A DNA stretch of 64,000 nt, from positions 15,056,722 to 15,120,721 of the forward strand of contig OZ037766.1 in NCBI GenBank assembly GCA_964035545.1, given 5' to 3'. The notes beneath the pieces were generated by a model. That model was not told where the DNA came from and ran no database searches. It worked only from the letters and a program-made list of their open reading frames with translations. The position numbers and the translations under genes were made by a program. Shown piece after piece: positions 50,701 to 64,000 of the stretch (position 1 is its first letter; every line of letters begins with the position of its first letter). This DNA comes from Bugula neritina (lineage: Eukaryota; Animalia; Bryozoa).

Positions 50701-53700
50701 ACCTCTTCAATGGTATAGACATGTGCGCCTAAGAGATAGGGATGAAGATATTATAATGGTGGCTGAGATGAAGATACAGAGAAAGAGAGGGAGGCCAAAG
50801 AAAAGGTTAATGAATACAGTGAAGGATGTCATACTGAAATGTGGCCGTTCAGATGAAGATGTTGACGACAGAATCAAATGACACTCTCTGATAGCACTTG
50901 GTGCCCTGCAAAACCGCCACCCATCTTAAACCACAGCGTACTAGGTGAGAGAGTCCAAGACAAATTCCTATAATGGACAATTTGTTGCCGTCCCATGGCC
51001 TCTCATGGTGTGATGTAGTGGCAACAATGTAAAATATTGGAAAGGGAGTCATACTAAATGTCTTGGTAAAAAGAAAGTGTGATTTGGTGACACTAGGGCT
51101 TTTTTCAGGATGACTATTCATACAAGCTACCAGGTTTATGCTATGTTGCTATGCTTATGCAAAGTGTTCCTCCATGACATCTACAAAACAAATAGCTTAG
51201 AAAACCAAGGTCAGCAATGCTATTTGCGATGTGCCTTTAGCTTATGTACTTTGCCTGCTACAGATGAAGCTATTGGACAATGTCACCAGAGCACACCTCC
51301 AGGTAGCCATATGAAACTGCGGCATTAAACCCACTAGAACATTGGCGATTTTTTACAATTTAGCTACTCTTGTATATAGATTTTAGCCTCAAACTATTAA
51401 AATTTTAGCAAATAAAACTGAATATTTAAGGCTTTTTCAATTATGCATGATTTTCTATGCTTTTTCCTAATTTATTAGTACATTGAGATATATTATATGA
51501 ACCATGATGGTTCACAAATATATATTTAGCTACTATGACATGACGCTGCGCTTAAATGTTGCAGGACCTCTCCCCAGTGTTTTTGCTATGCATAGTTAGA
51601 ATCAGCAAATTCTATTACTCTATAATAGTAAGTTTTCATGAATTTTGAGTAAACTTAAGAATTTTTGATCATAATCTGTTGATGTGTGCTAAATAAAATA
51701 AAATGGCCTAAATTCATTAAATGCTCCTGTGGAAGCCAACAATCATGCAAAACAACGAGATATGGCTGTTCTCTTGTACATCTATCCCATGCACAGAGTT
51801 CTGTCCTTGTGAAGCAGTAACAAGAGTGTGCTGCAATGAACTAACATGTCTAACAAATGCTACTGATAGAAAAAAATGAGAAAGGTGTTTAATATGAACA
51901 TGAGCGAAAGTTTGTCACATCTATTTGATTATATATATGTTCCATTTTAATTTTAGCTGAGCAATATGCCTTTATCTTTGTCACTTTTTCTTCACTGGCA
52001 ATAAGCAATGTTTTTCTTTATATATCTGTCCAAACAATTATTCAAAAACCTTGTATTATTTCTCTGCACCATATGTGATGTTTTATTGAAGCAATTTCGA
52101 TTTTTGAACTGAGCAACATGTCTCTTGGCTCTTTACTTTGGTTTTATTTGCACTGGCATGGCAAATATTCATTCCAAAAATGCACATCTATTTGAATCAT
52201 CAAAAAAATTTTGTTTTTGCAACATAATATAGACTTTATGCCTACTAGATTACGATTTTTCCATAATTGGCGGCCATCTTGGATTTCTCGAAATGCTCAA
52301 GGGTGGCAGGTCCACACCCATCTGGAAACAGTTACCTGAACCCTCAAGATAAATAATCAAAGGAGAAAAAAACTTTATCCGAGATTGCGAACCTAACCCC
52401 CAGTTCTGCCAGACTAAGGTAGTGGTCTAAATTATTTACTATGTGTACATGCTTCAGTCAGAGTAATACAACACACCTTGTGTCATCCTGTTGATGACAT
52501 CATGAAGTAGTAGAATACAATCATCTGTACTCTCAGCACAACACTGAGCAATCTGTTGTAAGTCTAACTGTATGTGAGCATCTATGAATGGTCGAACATC
52601 ATCCTCTCTTACTAAGTTTGGTTGTATTATTCTGAACATCTGCCAAAGACAAGAAATGTTCTTTTTCCATTACATACACAAAGCAATAGAACTTAATTTA
52701 GCCTAGTGGAGTGTGTCTTGTGAAGTGTGAATATAAAACAACATAACAATATATTACAACCATACAGCTCTTCAAATTATGCCAGCAATAAAATCGCGGC
52801 AAACCCTAACATTAAACAAATAGGTAGGTATAAATTAACATTTATTTCAAGTTTTTACTAGACAACATGAAATACATCAGCTTTTGCTGGAAAATTATAG
52901 AGTCAGTCCGATTCAATTTTTTGTTCTATAAGCGGATTAATGTAAAACATAGTGGTTGCAAGCGTGTTATCAACCATGGCTGCTAGTCTGAGCAATAGCA
53001 TTTCCAAATCAGCTCAATTGAGTTCAGTCAAATATGCAGCTCTTAAATAAAAATCATTTTATAATTTCAATCAGCATTAAGGTAGTACAATTGTATATAG
53101 AAACCAATAATGCCTATGATGTGGCTATTTATAGTCTATAGTCTATACTCTATAGTCTATACATTGAAATGGCATCTAAAACTTTCAATCATCTGACTCG
53201 TATCTAATTACGCATTATTCAGTTTCAAGCAGCAAAGCTTTCAACTCAAAGCATTGAGCAAGATGACTTGAATACTATATTTTCAACCTACTTCTACGCA
53301 TTATTCTTCACACTAATCCCCAAGAGAGGCTACTAGGCTAATGCAAGTAGGTGTGATGCGAGTAAGACACAGTCTAAAGGACACGTACATGATATCTAGA
53401 GAAGAGTGAAGATGTGTACATAGCCAGGTGGGTGAGACATCGTAGAACAGCACAAGATAGAGAAGAAAGTTCTCTCTCCGGAGCCACACCGGGCCGAGAC
53501 GTCTGGCGGCCGAGGATGTGCCCTTTACGACTCTGTGTGGAGCTGCAGAGTAAAATGACTTGTACTATGGTTTGTTAGAATGCTTGAGCATGTGGCGAAC
53601 TTCAAAATGTTGGAATAAAAACACACTAAGAAAACATGCATTTCAGAACCAACAGCAAAGCTTGTTGAAAAAGTACCGCACTACTTGAACCTACCTGTCA

Positions 53701-56700
53701 CCTGTTGCCAGGGCAGCGTTGCCAGTAGCAGCTTTATGACCTTGACCTCCAATCTGAGCACCACACTCGTGACAAGTTGCCAGGTAATATGGCCTTCCAC
53801 ACTGTAGAAAGAATTGCATGGATATACATAGATAATGAGGCAGAGTGCATTTAGACACCAAAGTTATTTTCAATGTAAGTTAGTACTTGTTTCATTTACC
53901 ATTAAATATTAGATAGCCATAAATCTACACAAATAAAAACAGAAAAGAAAAACTGGCAAGTATGATAAGTGAAACACTTACATCACCAATCACGTAAGGG
54001 TGTCCATTCGGGCAGCCTGAAAAATAGAACAATCAACCCACAATTTTAATAGTACGAGTAAAATAGAAATGTAGACTACATTTCAAATCTTGTTCAGTAG
54101 GTAATGCTCATGGCAATTAGAGAGAGAGAAAAACAAAAAATAAATTATTGTTAATAGTCATACAAGACTCAGAAAAATGAGATAATATAAAGAACCTTTT
54201 CTCCACACAGTAACTATGCTATTAGTTCAAGTGGACATCTATATTAGTGTGAGAACTTACGATAAGCAACTGGATTTTCACTCTGCGTCTGCAAAGCTTT
54301 TCTGATGGCCTCCTGGTGCACCTCAAACTGGTTGTCGGCCATGGTAGGGAAAAAGCGATCCTGTAACCACGGGAACAACTTTTATTTTAAACAGCAACTT
54401 TTGACAAAAATTTAGCTCAAAAATGCTCTGCAATGCAAATATAAAGACTGAATAAACTACATATATACATATACTAACCGTGCAGTTGCTGGGTGATTCA
54501 ATGATTTCGAAGAGAGGGTAGAGATCTGCGACGTGGATCGTGCTATACATACAGGCATACAGGTGCAAAATCAGCATGCTCAGGTTTATTCCCTTTGATT
54601 GCTTGACATTCATGTGTTCTGGCGCCTCATCTTTGAATAGTAAAATCTCCAATAACCTCTACAAAACCATCATTAAAACATGTATAGCTACTCTATGAGC
54701 AAATGTGAATTTTTTACATCAACTATACATAGTTTATAGATTAAAATAGAATCCAGATAACTGATAACAAAAGTGCAGCCACTTGGTGAGTTTGCTAGAT
54801 AATATTAAACCTAATTTCAAGACTAAATAAATATATCTTTTGAATTTGATAATTAAAACAAAATTCAAAATATAGCCAAAAAATTAAAGCCACAAATTAA
54901 ATCAAAGCTGCTCTTTCGAAAGGCAGCGGTTTATCTTAAGAAGGCTGAGGCTGACCAACCTTCTTTGCTCTAGAAGAATGTTTGGAAAGTTTGTCAAACA
55001 GACACTGTCGGACATCTTGGGGAACCTGGACATTCTGAGCAAACGTACGACTAATTCGTGTGAACAGAACTTGCAAGAGGAGAGTATCACTTGGGTCATT
55101 TATGATCTCCTGTTAATGCAGAGTGAAATGTGTAGATGAGTCAATGATAGGAGAATACCAGAATCAGTTGTATGGTACCTCAGTTATTGCAAAGTACATG
55201 TGTATCAAAAGCCAATGAACTATTGTATAATACGCTATATAAATTATTTAGAATATGATAAAAAGATACTAGTAACTAGTGTATAATAGTGATACTAGTA
55301 ACTAGTGTATAATAGTGATACTAGTCACTAGTGTATAATAGTGATACTAGTAACTAGTGTACAATAGTGATACTAGTAACTAGTGTATAATAGTGATACT
55401 AGTAACTAGTGTACAATAGTGATACCAGTAACTAGTGTATAATAGTGATACTAGTAACTAGTGTGTAATAGTGATACTAGTAACTAGTGTACAAAAACAT
55501 ATGCAGTTTCCACATGGGCAGATCCAACTGTAGAACACACTCTCACCCTCCCCAATGCTGTGACGCCGTGATCTATAGCTTGTTCATCACCCGACTGTGT
55601 TATTACAATGTCTATCTGAGCTTTGAGCCTGCGATACGTTTCTCCTCCATACACGGCCAGAACATCTGGTACCGTGAAAGACTCCAGCCCAGACTTGATG
55701 TTATCAGCTATCAAGTAGTTCTGCCTTGTGTTAATCAAATCTTTCATATAACTCTCCCCTGCCGTGTGGAACAGCTGGCGTACTATCATGTAGCTGAAAA
55801 TAAGAAACAATGTATAAATACACAAAACCGTTATTGCCTCCACTGCTTAGCCAATTTTCAAACTAAACTTCATTATGCTAATTGTTTTGAACAGTAGATT
55901 AAAAAAACTGCAATAAAAAAAGAGAATAAAATAAATATAAATATTAAAAGCTACTGATCTGTTGGTTACTTCTATCGCAAATTGTCCTTTGCGAAGCTAT
56001 AAATGCAACTTATTTGTATACTGTAAATACATCAAAGAACCTGGTTTATTGTGCAGTAATAGTGAGCAAAGTACCTGGGTTGAAGATTGTTAGCCCGATT
56101 GGCAGTCAGTAGAAAATGCTTCAGAGCATCTTCCAGATTCTTAAGCGTGCTTGTGAAGCATTCTGACTGTGAGGTGAGGTAGTCGACAGCCTGACTCAGC
56201 ACTGACTGTAACCCAGCTAAGCCAATCAGCAGGTCCACAGTTGGTGCAGTCACAGGACGGCTGATGAATCTACAGCTTGCTTCCAGCAACAGTCCAGCCA
56301 ACTCCTTGATGTTGTGCTGTCTCTCCAGCACATCCTGCAAGCATTGATTTGTAGAAGTAAACTTATTTACCTTATTGTAGCAACAAACTATAAAATTACG
56401 GTTCCCAAACAACACAAGTGTCTCAAACCTTCACCTGGCAGTAACTTTTGCTTTAAATGTGAAAACAGATTTGCACAAAAGATTGTTAGGTCTGTTAATT
56501 GTGATAAGGCAAATGTAAACAGCCTCTTCTGTTAGAGCCTGTCCCAATACAGTAGCAAATTCATCAGAACCATGCAAATAAGCTAACCAAACCTTCTTAC
56601 TGTGTCCACTATATTTCAAAACATGCTAACTTCGAAAGCACTACTGACATGCTGGAAGTAATACAGAATAGAGTTGTCTCACCTTGTGACAGTCCATCAC

Positions 56701-59700
56701 CAGTACCATAGTCTGCACTTGACTGGTGACATTATCTCCGCTCCACGAGCTGATGATCTGATTGAGATACTGATAGACAGTGTCGCTCTGTTCACACTTG
56801 AGCAGCAGTTTCAGCAGGAACGAGCGCAGCACTGGCTTAGGGTCAATGACCTCACTAGAGTTGAAGACGCTGAACTCTCTGGTGCCCTGACGGAAGGTCA
56901 CTCTGTTCACCAGCCACTGCAACACCTGCTCATCTGGTGTGGAGGAAAACACCATCTCTGAGACGAAGTACATGAAGAATTTATTCAGACGAAGGCGAAG
57001 TTGACTGAACTCTAGTAATGATTCCTCGCTAAAAGTAAACCAGCAAGATGTGAGCAGAGTGTAATGAAGAATGTATTCACAGGAACATATCTTAGAATGG
57101 TGGAAGTACACAGTCTGTACTGAGAATAACACGGAGCTTCACCTGATGTCATCTTCAGCTGCATCGTAGACGTAGTTGGGAGGAATAGGCTGGCCACAGT
57201 TCTCCTGGCCACACAGTTTCTGCTCAGCAACACAAAGGCTACACAGGATGTGGTTACAGGGCAATCTCACCGGAGAATCCAGGGAGTTTTCACATGATGG
57301 GCATTTTGTTGGGCATTTTCTACAGCAGAAAGCAAAATCAATGATGCAATAAAATTATTACCGGCAAGATAAGAAACACCTTTCACCATGCATGATTGGT
57401 AGTTTAATTCTGATTTACTATTGTATTATTCAACTTATAAGATGTGATGAACTTACGGATACAACTTTCGAATGCCATCTCTGATTGTTTCTTGCAGGGA
57501 AAGAACTACCTGCTCAAACCCAGCAAACGTCTGGAATTGAGGAGACGTGACTTTCTAAAATATGACAACAGAATACTGTCAGCTTCTTGTTGTTCACCAA
57601 CAAGAAAGAGCAAGATAGGCATTAATTTGAAAGATTCTTCCTTTTATTATTTTAGGCAAAATATGTTTTCATTTGCTGTTCAAAAGAAACATACACTTCA
57701 TTAGACACAAAACGAGAATATAGTTTATATTTTTACAGCACACTTCAAAAAGAATAGGCATATGTTGGAATATCAAAGGTACATCTTATTTGGCTGATCT
57801 CAAAGGCCAATGTCTATTTCTCTATTTCTCACACAATTAGGATGTTGCATAACAAATTCTAATTTTTTTTTGTCATTGTAACAAGTGGACTAGGAAGAGA
57901 CTTGATTCGACATGTAATTTTGACTTCGCTTGTTAGGTCATTGAAAGGGTGATTTAAAAAACAGCATAAAGAAACAGTCGTGATGCAGTGATTAGAGTGT
58001 TGGCCTAGTAATCACAAAGTCAGTGGTTTGAGGCCAAATATCGGCGGAGATGCTAAAAAGAGTATTCAGTCATAATTGCTCCTGTGTCACATATGAATAA
58101 ATCTTCAGCCCACTTTAAAAAAAGCTTTTTATCAGGGGTTCTCACAGGGATAGTGACTATAAACTTGCGTGAGTGTTTCAAAAGAATAAAACAATATGAT
58201 TATGGGCGTGCAAACGCTTGAAGATTACTTATGCTCTTTCGAAAATGCGTTTTTGAATACTCTAAGTATATGTGAACCCTGATACTGTGACCCCCTAAAC
58301 AATAACCTTGAGGAAGAACATGAGCTTGTGACTGCTCCTCTTATTGTTCTGATCGACTGGGCTGGGAACTATGACATGCTCCACATACAGCTTCTTCAGC
58401 TCCAGCAGAACCCAACTAGTTCTACAAGTTAACCAAAATATGGCAGTCATTAGAAATGCCTTGAATTCACTAACAATAATTATGACAGTAGCATTAGTTT
58501 GAAACTTTTTGACACAAAGTACATACCCGGAGTCTTAATTTTTAAAGCAAAACAGTGCTTCTATACCAACACTTACAGATTGCTGACTTGGAGCCCAGCC
58601 ATGACAAATCTTATGATTTTTTTATATTTTAAAGCACTGCTTGTAGTTCTATAAGCTCGAAAATCCTGCAGCTACTACTGAATACCTTTCAATTTCAACT
58701 GGACAAATCACTGAACAGATGTTAGCTGGCTATGAAAACCTGTTACTGCACGACAGGAATGTTGTTCATATTTAAACTCTTGTACACTGACTCAATAAAA
58801 TTTAAAAATGTTGGGAATTATTGCGAGTTTGAGGGATATTACGCTTAATAATAATATATTTTATTCGATCAACTATGGTAAATATTCAGGCGTTAAAGAG
58901 CCTGCGTGTAATATTTAAAAGTAACATGATTGCCACAGCTAAAAAAATCCAACCTGCTTCTTTGAACAGTTTCTGGGCTGCTGTTGGTTGTGGCCAGTGT
59001 CTGATTGAAAGCTGACTTGCAAACATCCACGCTGTCAACCCATTTCTCTGGTTCCTGTGTGATTTGATACACTTTTACGTCTTTCAAAGACTTAATGAGA
59101 CAGTCCACAGCCACAAGATCACTGGCCTAGAAAACAATGTGTAAGATAAACATGGCAGTGTAATATACAAGTGACTATAATAGTATATATACTAATAGCA
59201 CACAGTTTTTTATAACATTATAAAAAAACGTAGAGTACACATTATGAAAAAAACAGTACAGTAAAGCACTCCAATAATATACAATAGTCTTATTCTGAAT
59301 ATGATTTGTCAAAATAGATTTAATATAAAACTAAGTTAAAAAATACTTTTTCTGTTTTTTCAATTTCAGTCACAAGGCTTGGAAAGAGAGAATCATCGAT
59401 GAGGTTGACGAGTTTCACAACAGCTGAGAGGTTGGACATGATCGGCTTCATATCTCTGTACACTTTGTGTATGTGCACCATGGACAGATTCTGGTAACCT
59501 CTTCTATGTATCTCCTTCATCAAAGAGTGTCCTACAGCCTACAAAAACACACAGAAATTAGTAGTGGCTCATTTTCACACATCTAACAATTATTATCAGA
59601 AATTTTATGATTACCTAAAATAGTGTAAATTGCAAGCTCAATGTAAACATCAACATATACCAAAGAACCTGGAAAAATACTCTAAAAGTAATAAGTATGA

Positions 59701-62700
59701 ATGAACAGTTCAGTTGATAGCAAACTAGCCAAGAGATACTTTAACTGGTAGTTAAAATCGCAAACTGAGGCTTAATTAAAGGATTGATCTAGGATTTACT
59801 GCTTAGACGTAGAAATACTTGAAGATAAAATATATCACTAATCTCTATGTGAGTTACATAGTTTAGTAGCAATACAGAAGGTGATATGTACACTTTTCAG
59901 TGGTATACTAAAGAGCCAATATGGGGAGTTGGAAGGTGTGTCAAGCCGTGACATAGTTTAGTTTAAGCTAGACCACATGGAGGGAGGTTACCTGCACAAT
60001 ACATTGTCAGCAGAAGTAAAGCCTGAGTGGCCAATTTTATTTGCTAATGGCTTTAAAAATATTTTATTTTGAAAGCTCACTGGCTATTCTCAATCATGTG
60101 CAATGGATTGGAATAAGAACATAAAACTGAAACGTGGGCTCACTAAATACTAATCAGTCAATTGGATTAATTAAAGAAAGTTTTCTCTGTATTAGTTCAG
60201 CAGTTTGACTGCATGAAATCCACACAAAATAGCCTTTTTACTAGCAGTTCATGTGGAAATCTGCTCCATGTAGCTTAGCTACATTTTCTAACAGTAAATC
60301 AAATCATTAGCTTTGTGTAACAACAGAGTAGCTACTTTAGGAATTGATCAAGAATACTGTAGCCTTGAGAGCAAATAGTAAATGAAACTTTCTATGCCTC
60401 ATGATAAGCGACTAATGAAACACACTTCATCCATGCCTCTACTTTTTCACAAGAAGCTAGAAATTTCAGTGCTTTTTTTCTGGGGCACGCCTGTATAGAA
60501 CTATTTTCAAATCTAAACACATTTTACTCCAAGTGAATGATTCACATAAGATTTAGGAAACAATACCTTGTGTTCATAGTTGTTGAGACATGGGTGTGCC
60601 ATAAACACATAGTCTGTGATATAGGCTTCCAATATGATATTAGTGAGGTTTCGACGGTTGGCAATAGCATTTGTCACTACTTTACCAATCGGAGTTAATC
60701 TAAACTGCTTTATTATAGTGTCCACCTCTACAACAAATGGTACAATCAGCAATAAAAAAGTAGAATTTACATAAAATTTTGTTAGCTTTAAAGGTAGTAA
60801 AATTAAACTTACTATGTGTAAACAACAATTCACTGAGGTATTACACCAATACACTGCATTTATAACATAGCTTTTCACTCATACGTAGTAAAATCAACTT
60901 TCATCATGTATCGTAATTGTTACATTAAGTTGATTGAAAAAGTTTCATGTTTTTTAGTAATAAAAGGCTATGCTAGCTATAAATGAAGTTTTCCAAAGAA
61001 AGTAATAAAAAGGCAATCTTTCTTATATAAATATAAAAAAACGTTGAGCGATTTTTTTTAAATAAATGATGTACACAAATAAATTATATAGTTGGATACA
61101 TTTTCATTTTAGATCACTTGAAAACAATAAAGATGCTTTGCAGTAAAAGAAACTCCAGGGAAGAGAATGAGCTGCACACAATGAGAATGGTGAGGAGAGT
61201 GAGACAGTGAATATATGACTATTATCTGCCAGCCATCACTTATGGTGACTGCCATAATCTTATTGTAGGCTATAAGAAAATTGATAGCACAATTTGAAAT
61301 AAATACTGCAGAGAAACTAGCAATGAAGCACTAGTAACTTTAAATGCCTTATATACTGTTAACGAAAAAATAGAGAAATACTGTATAAAAACATCATTAT
61401 ACCAACCAGGAATTCTGCCAGACTCCACAACAGCACTGAAGAACTTATCTATGGTGTCCTTGACAATCCAGGAGAAAGGAAACTGCATGGTAAACCCTTG
61501 TTGCCCTTCTCCAGCCTTTCGCATTTGGTAAGACCTCGGCAATTTCTAAAGCAGATCAATAAACAATAAACAGTAAATATGGTGATTAAAATTATTTGTG
61601 GTTACACTAATGAGCTTGCTGATGTGATAAAGTTGAATTTCAGACAAAGTAAGTTCAGAAAGGCAAAACAAAAAAATTCCTCAATTTTATGCATAAAATT
61701 GCCACAATTATTACTAAAACCACCTACAATAAGCATAGGGTTGGTCAAGTCCACACAGATTGCCCATGTATAAATATAGAGCAAATATGATGAACTACAA
61801 ATAGTCTCAGTAAAACTAAAGAAAAGACAAACAAATTTGTAAATAAAAAGAGCTGGTGCCAAATAGTTTGTGCTTACAGACTGAGGTTGAGCAGAGTTGC
61901 TGTTCCCTGCAATGGCCTCAAAGTTTAGTCCCAGTTTATGACATTCTACAAATATCTGTAGCCAGAGAGAGCTGAGGTCAGAAGGTTGACTCAGAATTAG
62001 CAGGTTTTGTCTGACATCAATGAATGAGATGACGGCAGCCAGTGCAGGTACAAAAGCTCTCTCCAGAGCATCTTCTAAAGCATGCCTTGAAATACACAGG
62101 AATAAAGAGTGAGACAAGAGAGCAATTTATGTAATTCATCAGATATCAACATAAGGGAACACAAAGAAACCTGTGGTTAGACATAAAAGCAACTATCAAC
62201 TATATAATATCAATTTACAAACAGACAAACCTCAGTGTTTCTGATTGCTTCATGTTGCTAGCTTTTGCCGCATCCGACTTCACCCAGTGACCAGCATGGG
62301 CCACGTACTGCTCCTGGTCCTCCAATAGCTTTTGAATGTGAGTGAGGAACACTAAGACAAACCCTGTAAGAAATGTGAAGGGGAGCTAAACACTGTGCTA
62401 ATGTTGACCTACATACATTTCAGCTAAAATAGGTCTTAAAATTCAATACATGATTTTACTCGTATCTTAAAAGAAACTGTAAACTGCGCCACAACACTAC
62501 AGTAGCTGCAAAGTAAAACTACTATACTCTATTAGACATATAGACAGCTGAGTAACTAGACAGGGGAGATGATCCAGTATTGTGATGGTCAACAAGTGAT
62601 AGTCAGCAGGTAAAATATGACAGAGATGGCTGAAAAAAGAACATATAAAGGATGAAGCAGAGAAATTTAGCAGTGCAGCTCAGTTTATAATGATAAAATC

Positions 62701-63853
62701 AAATGACATGCAGGTAGTTGATAATGCTAGCCTATTGGAAATAATATAGCCTACACTATACTAATGTAGTCTACACTATGCTAATGTAGTCTACACTATA
62801 CTAATGTAGTCTACACTATGCTAATGTAGTCTACACTATGCTAATGTAGTCTACACTATGCTAATGTAGTCTACACTATGCTAATGTAGTCTACACTATG
62901 CTAATGTAGTCTACACTATGCTAATGTAGTCTACACTATGCTAATGTAGTCTACACTATGCTAATGTAGTCTACACTATGCTAATGTAGTCTACACTATG
63001 CTAATGTAGTCTACACTATGCTAATGTAGTCTACACTATGCTAATGTAGTCTACACTATGCTAATGTAGTCTACACTATGCTCGTGTAGTCTACACTATG
63101 CTAATGTAGTCTACACTATGCTAATGTAGTCTACACTATGCTAATGTAGTCTACACTATGCTCGTGTAGTCTACACTATGCTAATGTAGTCTACACTATG
63201 CTAATGTAGTCTACACTATGCTAATGTAGTCTACACTATGCTAATGTAGTCTACACTATGCTAATGTAGTCTACACTATGCTAATGTAGTCTACACTATG
63301 CAGATGTAGGCTCAAAGTGAGATGGTCAGAATAGAGGAGAGTTTGACTTACGCTGATTAGTGTTGAGAAGGTCTCGCAGAGTACCGACTCTGTCGTATAT
63401 CTGTCCAGAGTTGATAACTGATACTGCAGCCGGCAGACATTGCATGATAAATTGGAGCGTGGATCCATTTGCTTCATCATTCTAAATAATTTTAATATTT
63501 GCTGATATTACAAAACAAAGAATTGTATGTGAATGTGTTTGTGAAGTGACCAGGAAAAGGTAAGGTACTATTGTACCTCACATAACAGTGCTACGTGCAG
63601 TGCTGTCTATAAGAGAATAGTATAGAGACTCAGCTATTGTATGTTGACAAGAAAATCTAAGAAAGGTCATCTGATAGGCACTGGGCATTTCTGTTGACCA
63701 ATAAAAATGTGGTCATTACCTCTGAGCTTTCTGATTGGTCAATCAATTGTTGTATAATTTGACTGGGTGTCAACTCCAAGCAGCTGTTAAGTGAAGGTAA
63801 CAGTATTTGTGGGGAGCGCGGGTCATCAATGTGCATACATTTCCACTTCCCAC
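44731..63853 (-). CDS. RNF213: RNF213 (mysterin)-like E3 ligase, paralog 2; spliced, 5'-partial (AAA+ core lies beyond the window end)
   Basis: 29 exons in transcription order: 63720-63853, 63352-63481, 62231-62363, 61878-62085, 61407-61545, 60567-60727, 59347-59538, 58954-59126, 58307-58421, 57457-57554, 57143-57319 (RING: CPTKCPSC..CNHILCSLC..CGQENC), 56683-57028, 56075-56334, 55547-55793, 54960-55109, 54479-54658, 54261-54360, 53982-54016, 53695-53801 (RZ: CGRPYYLATCHECGAQIGGQGH), 53389-53542, 52477-52639, 48594-48697, 47963-48148, 47301-47547, 46832-47003, 46328-46601, 45781-46056, 45412-45599, 44731-44893 (TGA). One-to-one with exons 33-61 of paralog 1, with the same phases and many identical lengths; no frameshift or stop seen. 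Confidence 0.93.
48807..52416 (+). mobile_element. DNA transposon with long imperfect TIRs, Academ-like, degraded
   Basis: Termini TAGTCTGGCAGAA / TTCTGCCAGACTA; about 150-bp imperfect inverted arms (48807-48965 vs 52270-52416, sharing CCCTTGAGCATTTCGAGAAAT and CAAGATGGCC); flanking duplication AGG (or AAGGT if the ends shift by 1 nt); transposase-like remnant 49972-50343 (ADREGD..L.L..KEM, NGIWSDITIE..F.RF..SKG). The superfamily call is from memory of these motifs. Confidence 0.65.
50510..50950 (+). mobile_element. 3' fragment of an RTE-like non-LTR retrotransposon nested in the DNA transposon
   Basis: ATEMRML followed by RRPLQWYRHVRLR...KRGRPKKRLMNTVKDVI, the typical post-RT C-terminus of RTE-clade LINEs; frameshifted. 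Confidence 0.7.
55265..55490. repeat. 26-bp minisatellite, about 8.7 copies
   Basis: Unit GATACTAGTAACTAGTGTATAATAGT with few variants; intronic. Confidence 0.95.
57972..58168 (+). repeat. SINE-like dispersed repeat (copy 2)
   Basis: Homologous to 26109-26320 in the opposite orientation; degenerate A/B-box-like head. A related head may lie at about 39413-39500. Confidence 0.6.
62751..63301. repeat. 20-bp minisatellite, about 27.5 copies
   Basis: Unit CTACACTATGCTAATGTAGT, nearly invariant (CTCG variant at 63081 and 63161); intronic. Confidence 0.97.
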
Positions 63854-64000
63854 CTAAACCACAACAAAGCATTTTATTTCACTGCTTTACTTAGGAACAT
63901 TTTCTTACACACCAAACTGTCAAAGCACTGAAAATATTGACTTAGATCTAATTCATGTCTAAAATAATATTGAAATAAAAAGTATTACTTTTAATAAAAT

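Noticed and set aside
44695-57704. Plus-strand ORFs overlapping paralog 2 exons (for example 44695, 45839, 47345, 47877, 55487, 56674, 57444), and minus-strand ORFs over paralog 1 and DHCR24 exons
   Set aside because: They are antisense shadows of real exons, with no independent motifs or splice structure.
62751-63301. Regular repeat arrays (this one, 55265-55490 and 33919-34100) as CRISPR arrays
   Set aside because: They are head-to-tail tandem units with no unique spacers and no cas genes, in a eukaryotic intron context.
44731-63853. Paralog 2 as an assembly haplotype duplicate or a pseudogene
   Set aside because: Exons are substantially diverged and introns unalignable outside a few short tracts, so it is not allelic. 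All 29 traced exons stay in frame with canonical splice sites.

Overview
AT-rich, intron-rich eukaryotic (invertebrate metazoan-type) DNA. The supplied ORF track is mostly exon read-through or noise. I traced the splice sites by hand and found three protein-coding genes. (1) A 5'-truncated RNF213/mysterin-like giant AAA+ ATPase/E3 ubiquitin ligase on + (61 exons in the window, 341..35628). (2) A complete 8-exon DHCR24 (delta24-sterol reductase, 516 aa) on + (36731..43892). (3) A second, diverged RNF213-like paralog on - (29 exons in the window, 63853..44731, 5' part outside the window), with the same intron positions and phases as gene 1. The introns hold a dead Tc1/mariner element flanked by (TA)n arrays, a non-autonomous hAT element, an Academ-like DNA transposon with a nested RTE fragment, tRNA-derived SINE-like repeats and minisatellites. 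The most notable observations concern the E3 machinery of gene 1. (a) The catalytic half of the RZ finger is encoded by two tandem exons only 44 nt apart that must be mutually exclusive: one is canonical and one keeps the catalytic Cys but lacks the general-base His. (b) A second, divergent RING-finger exon (symmetric phase 2-2) is inserted in the AAA+ region. (c) The two otherwise diverged paralogs share near-identical patches that look like gene-conversion tracts. All gene models are sequence-based inferences with no transcript evidence.
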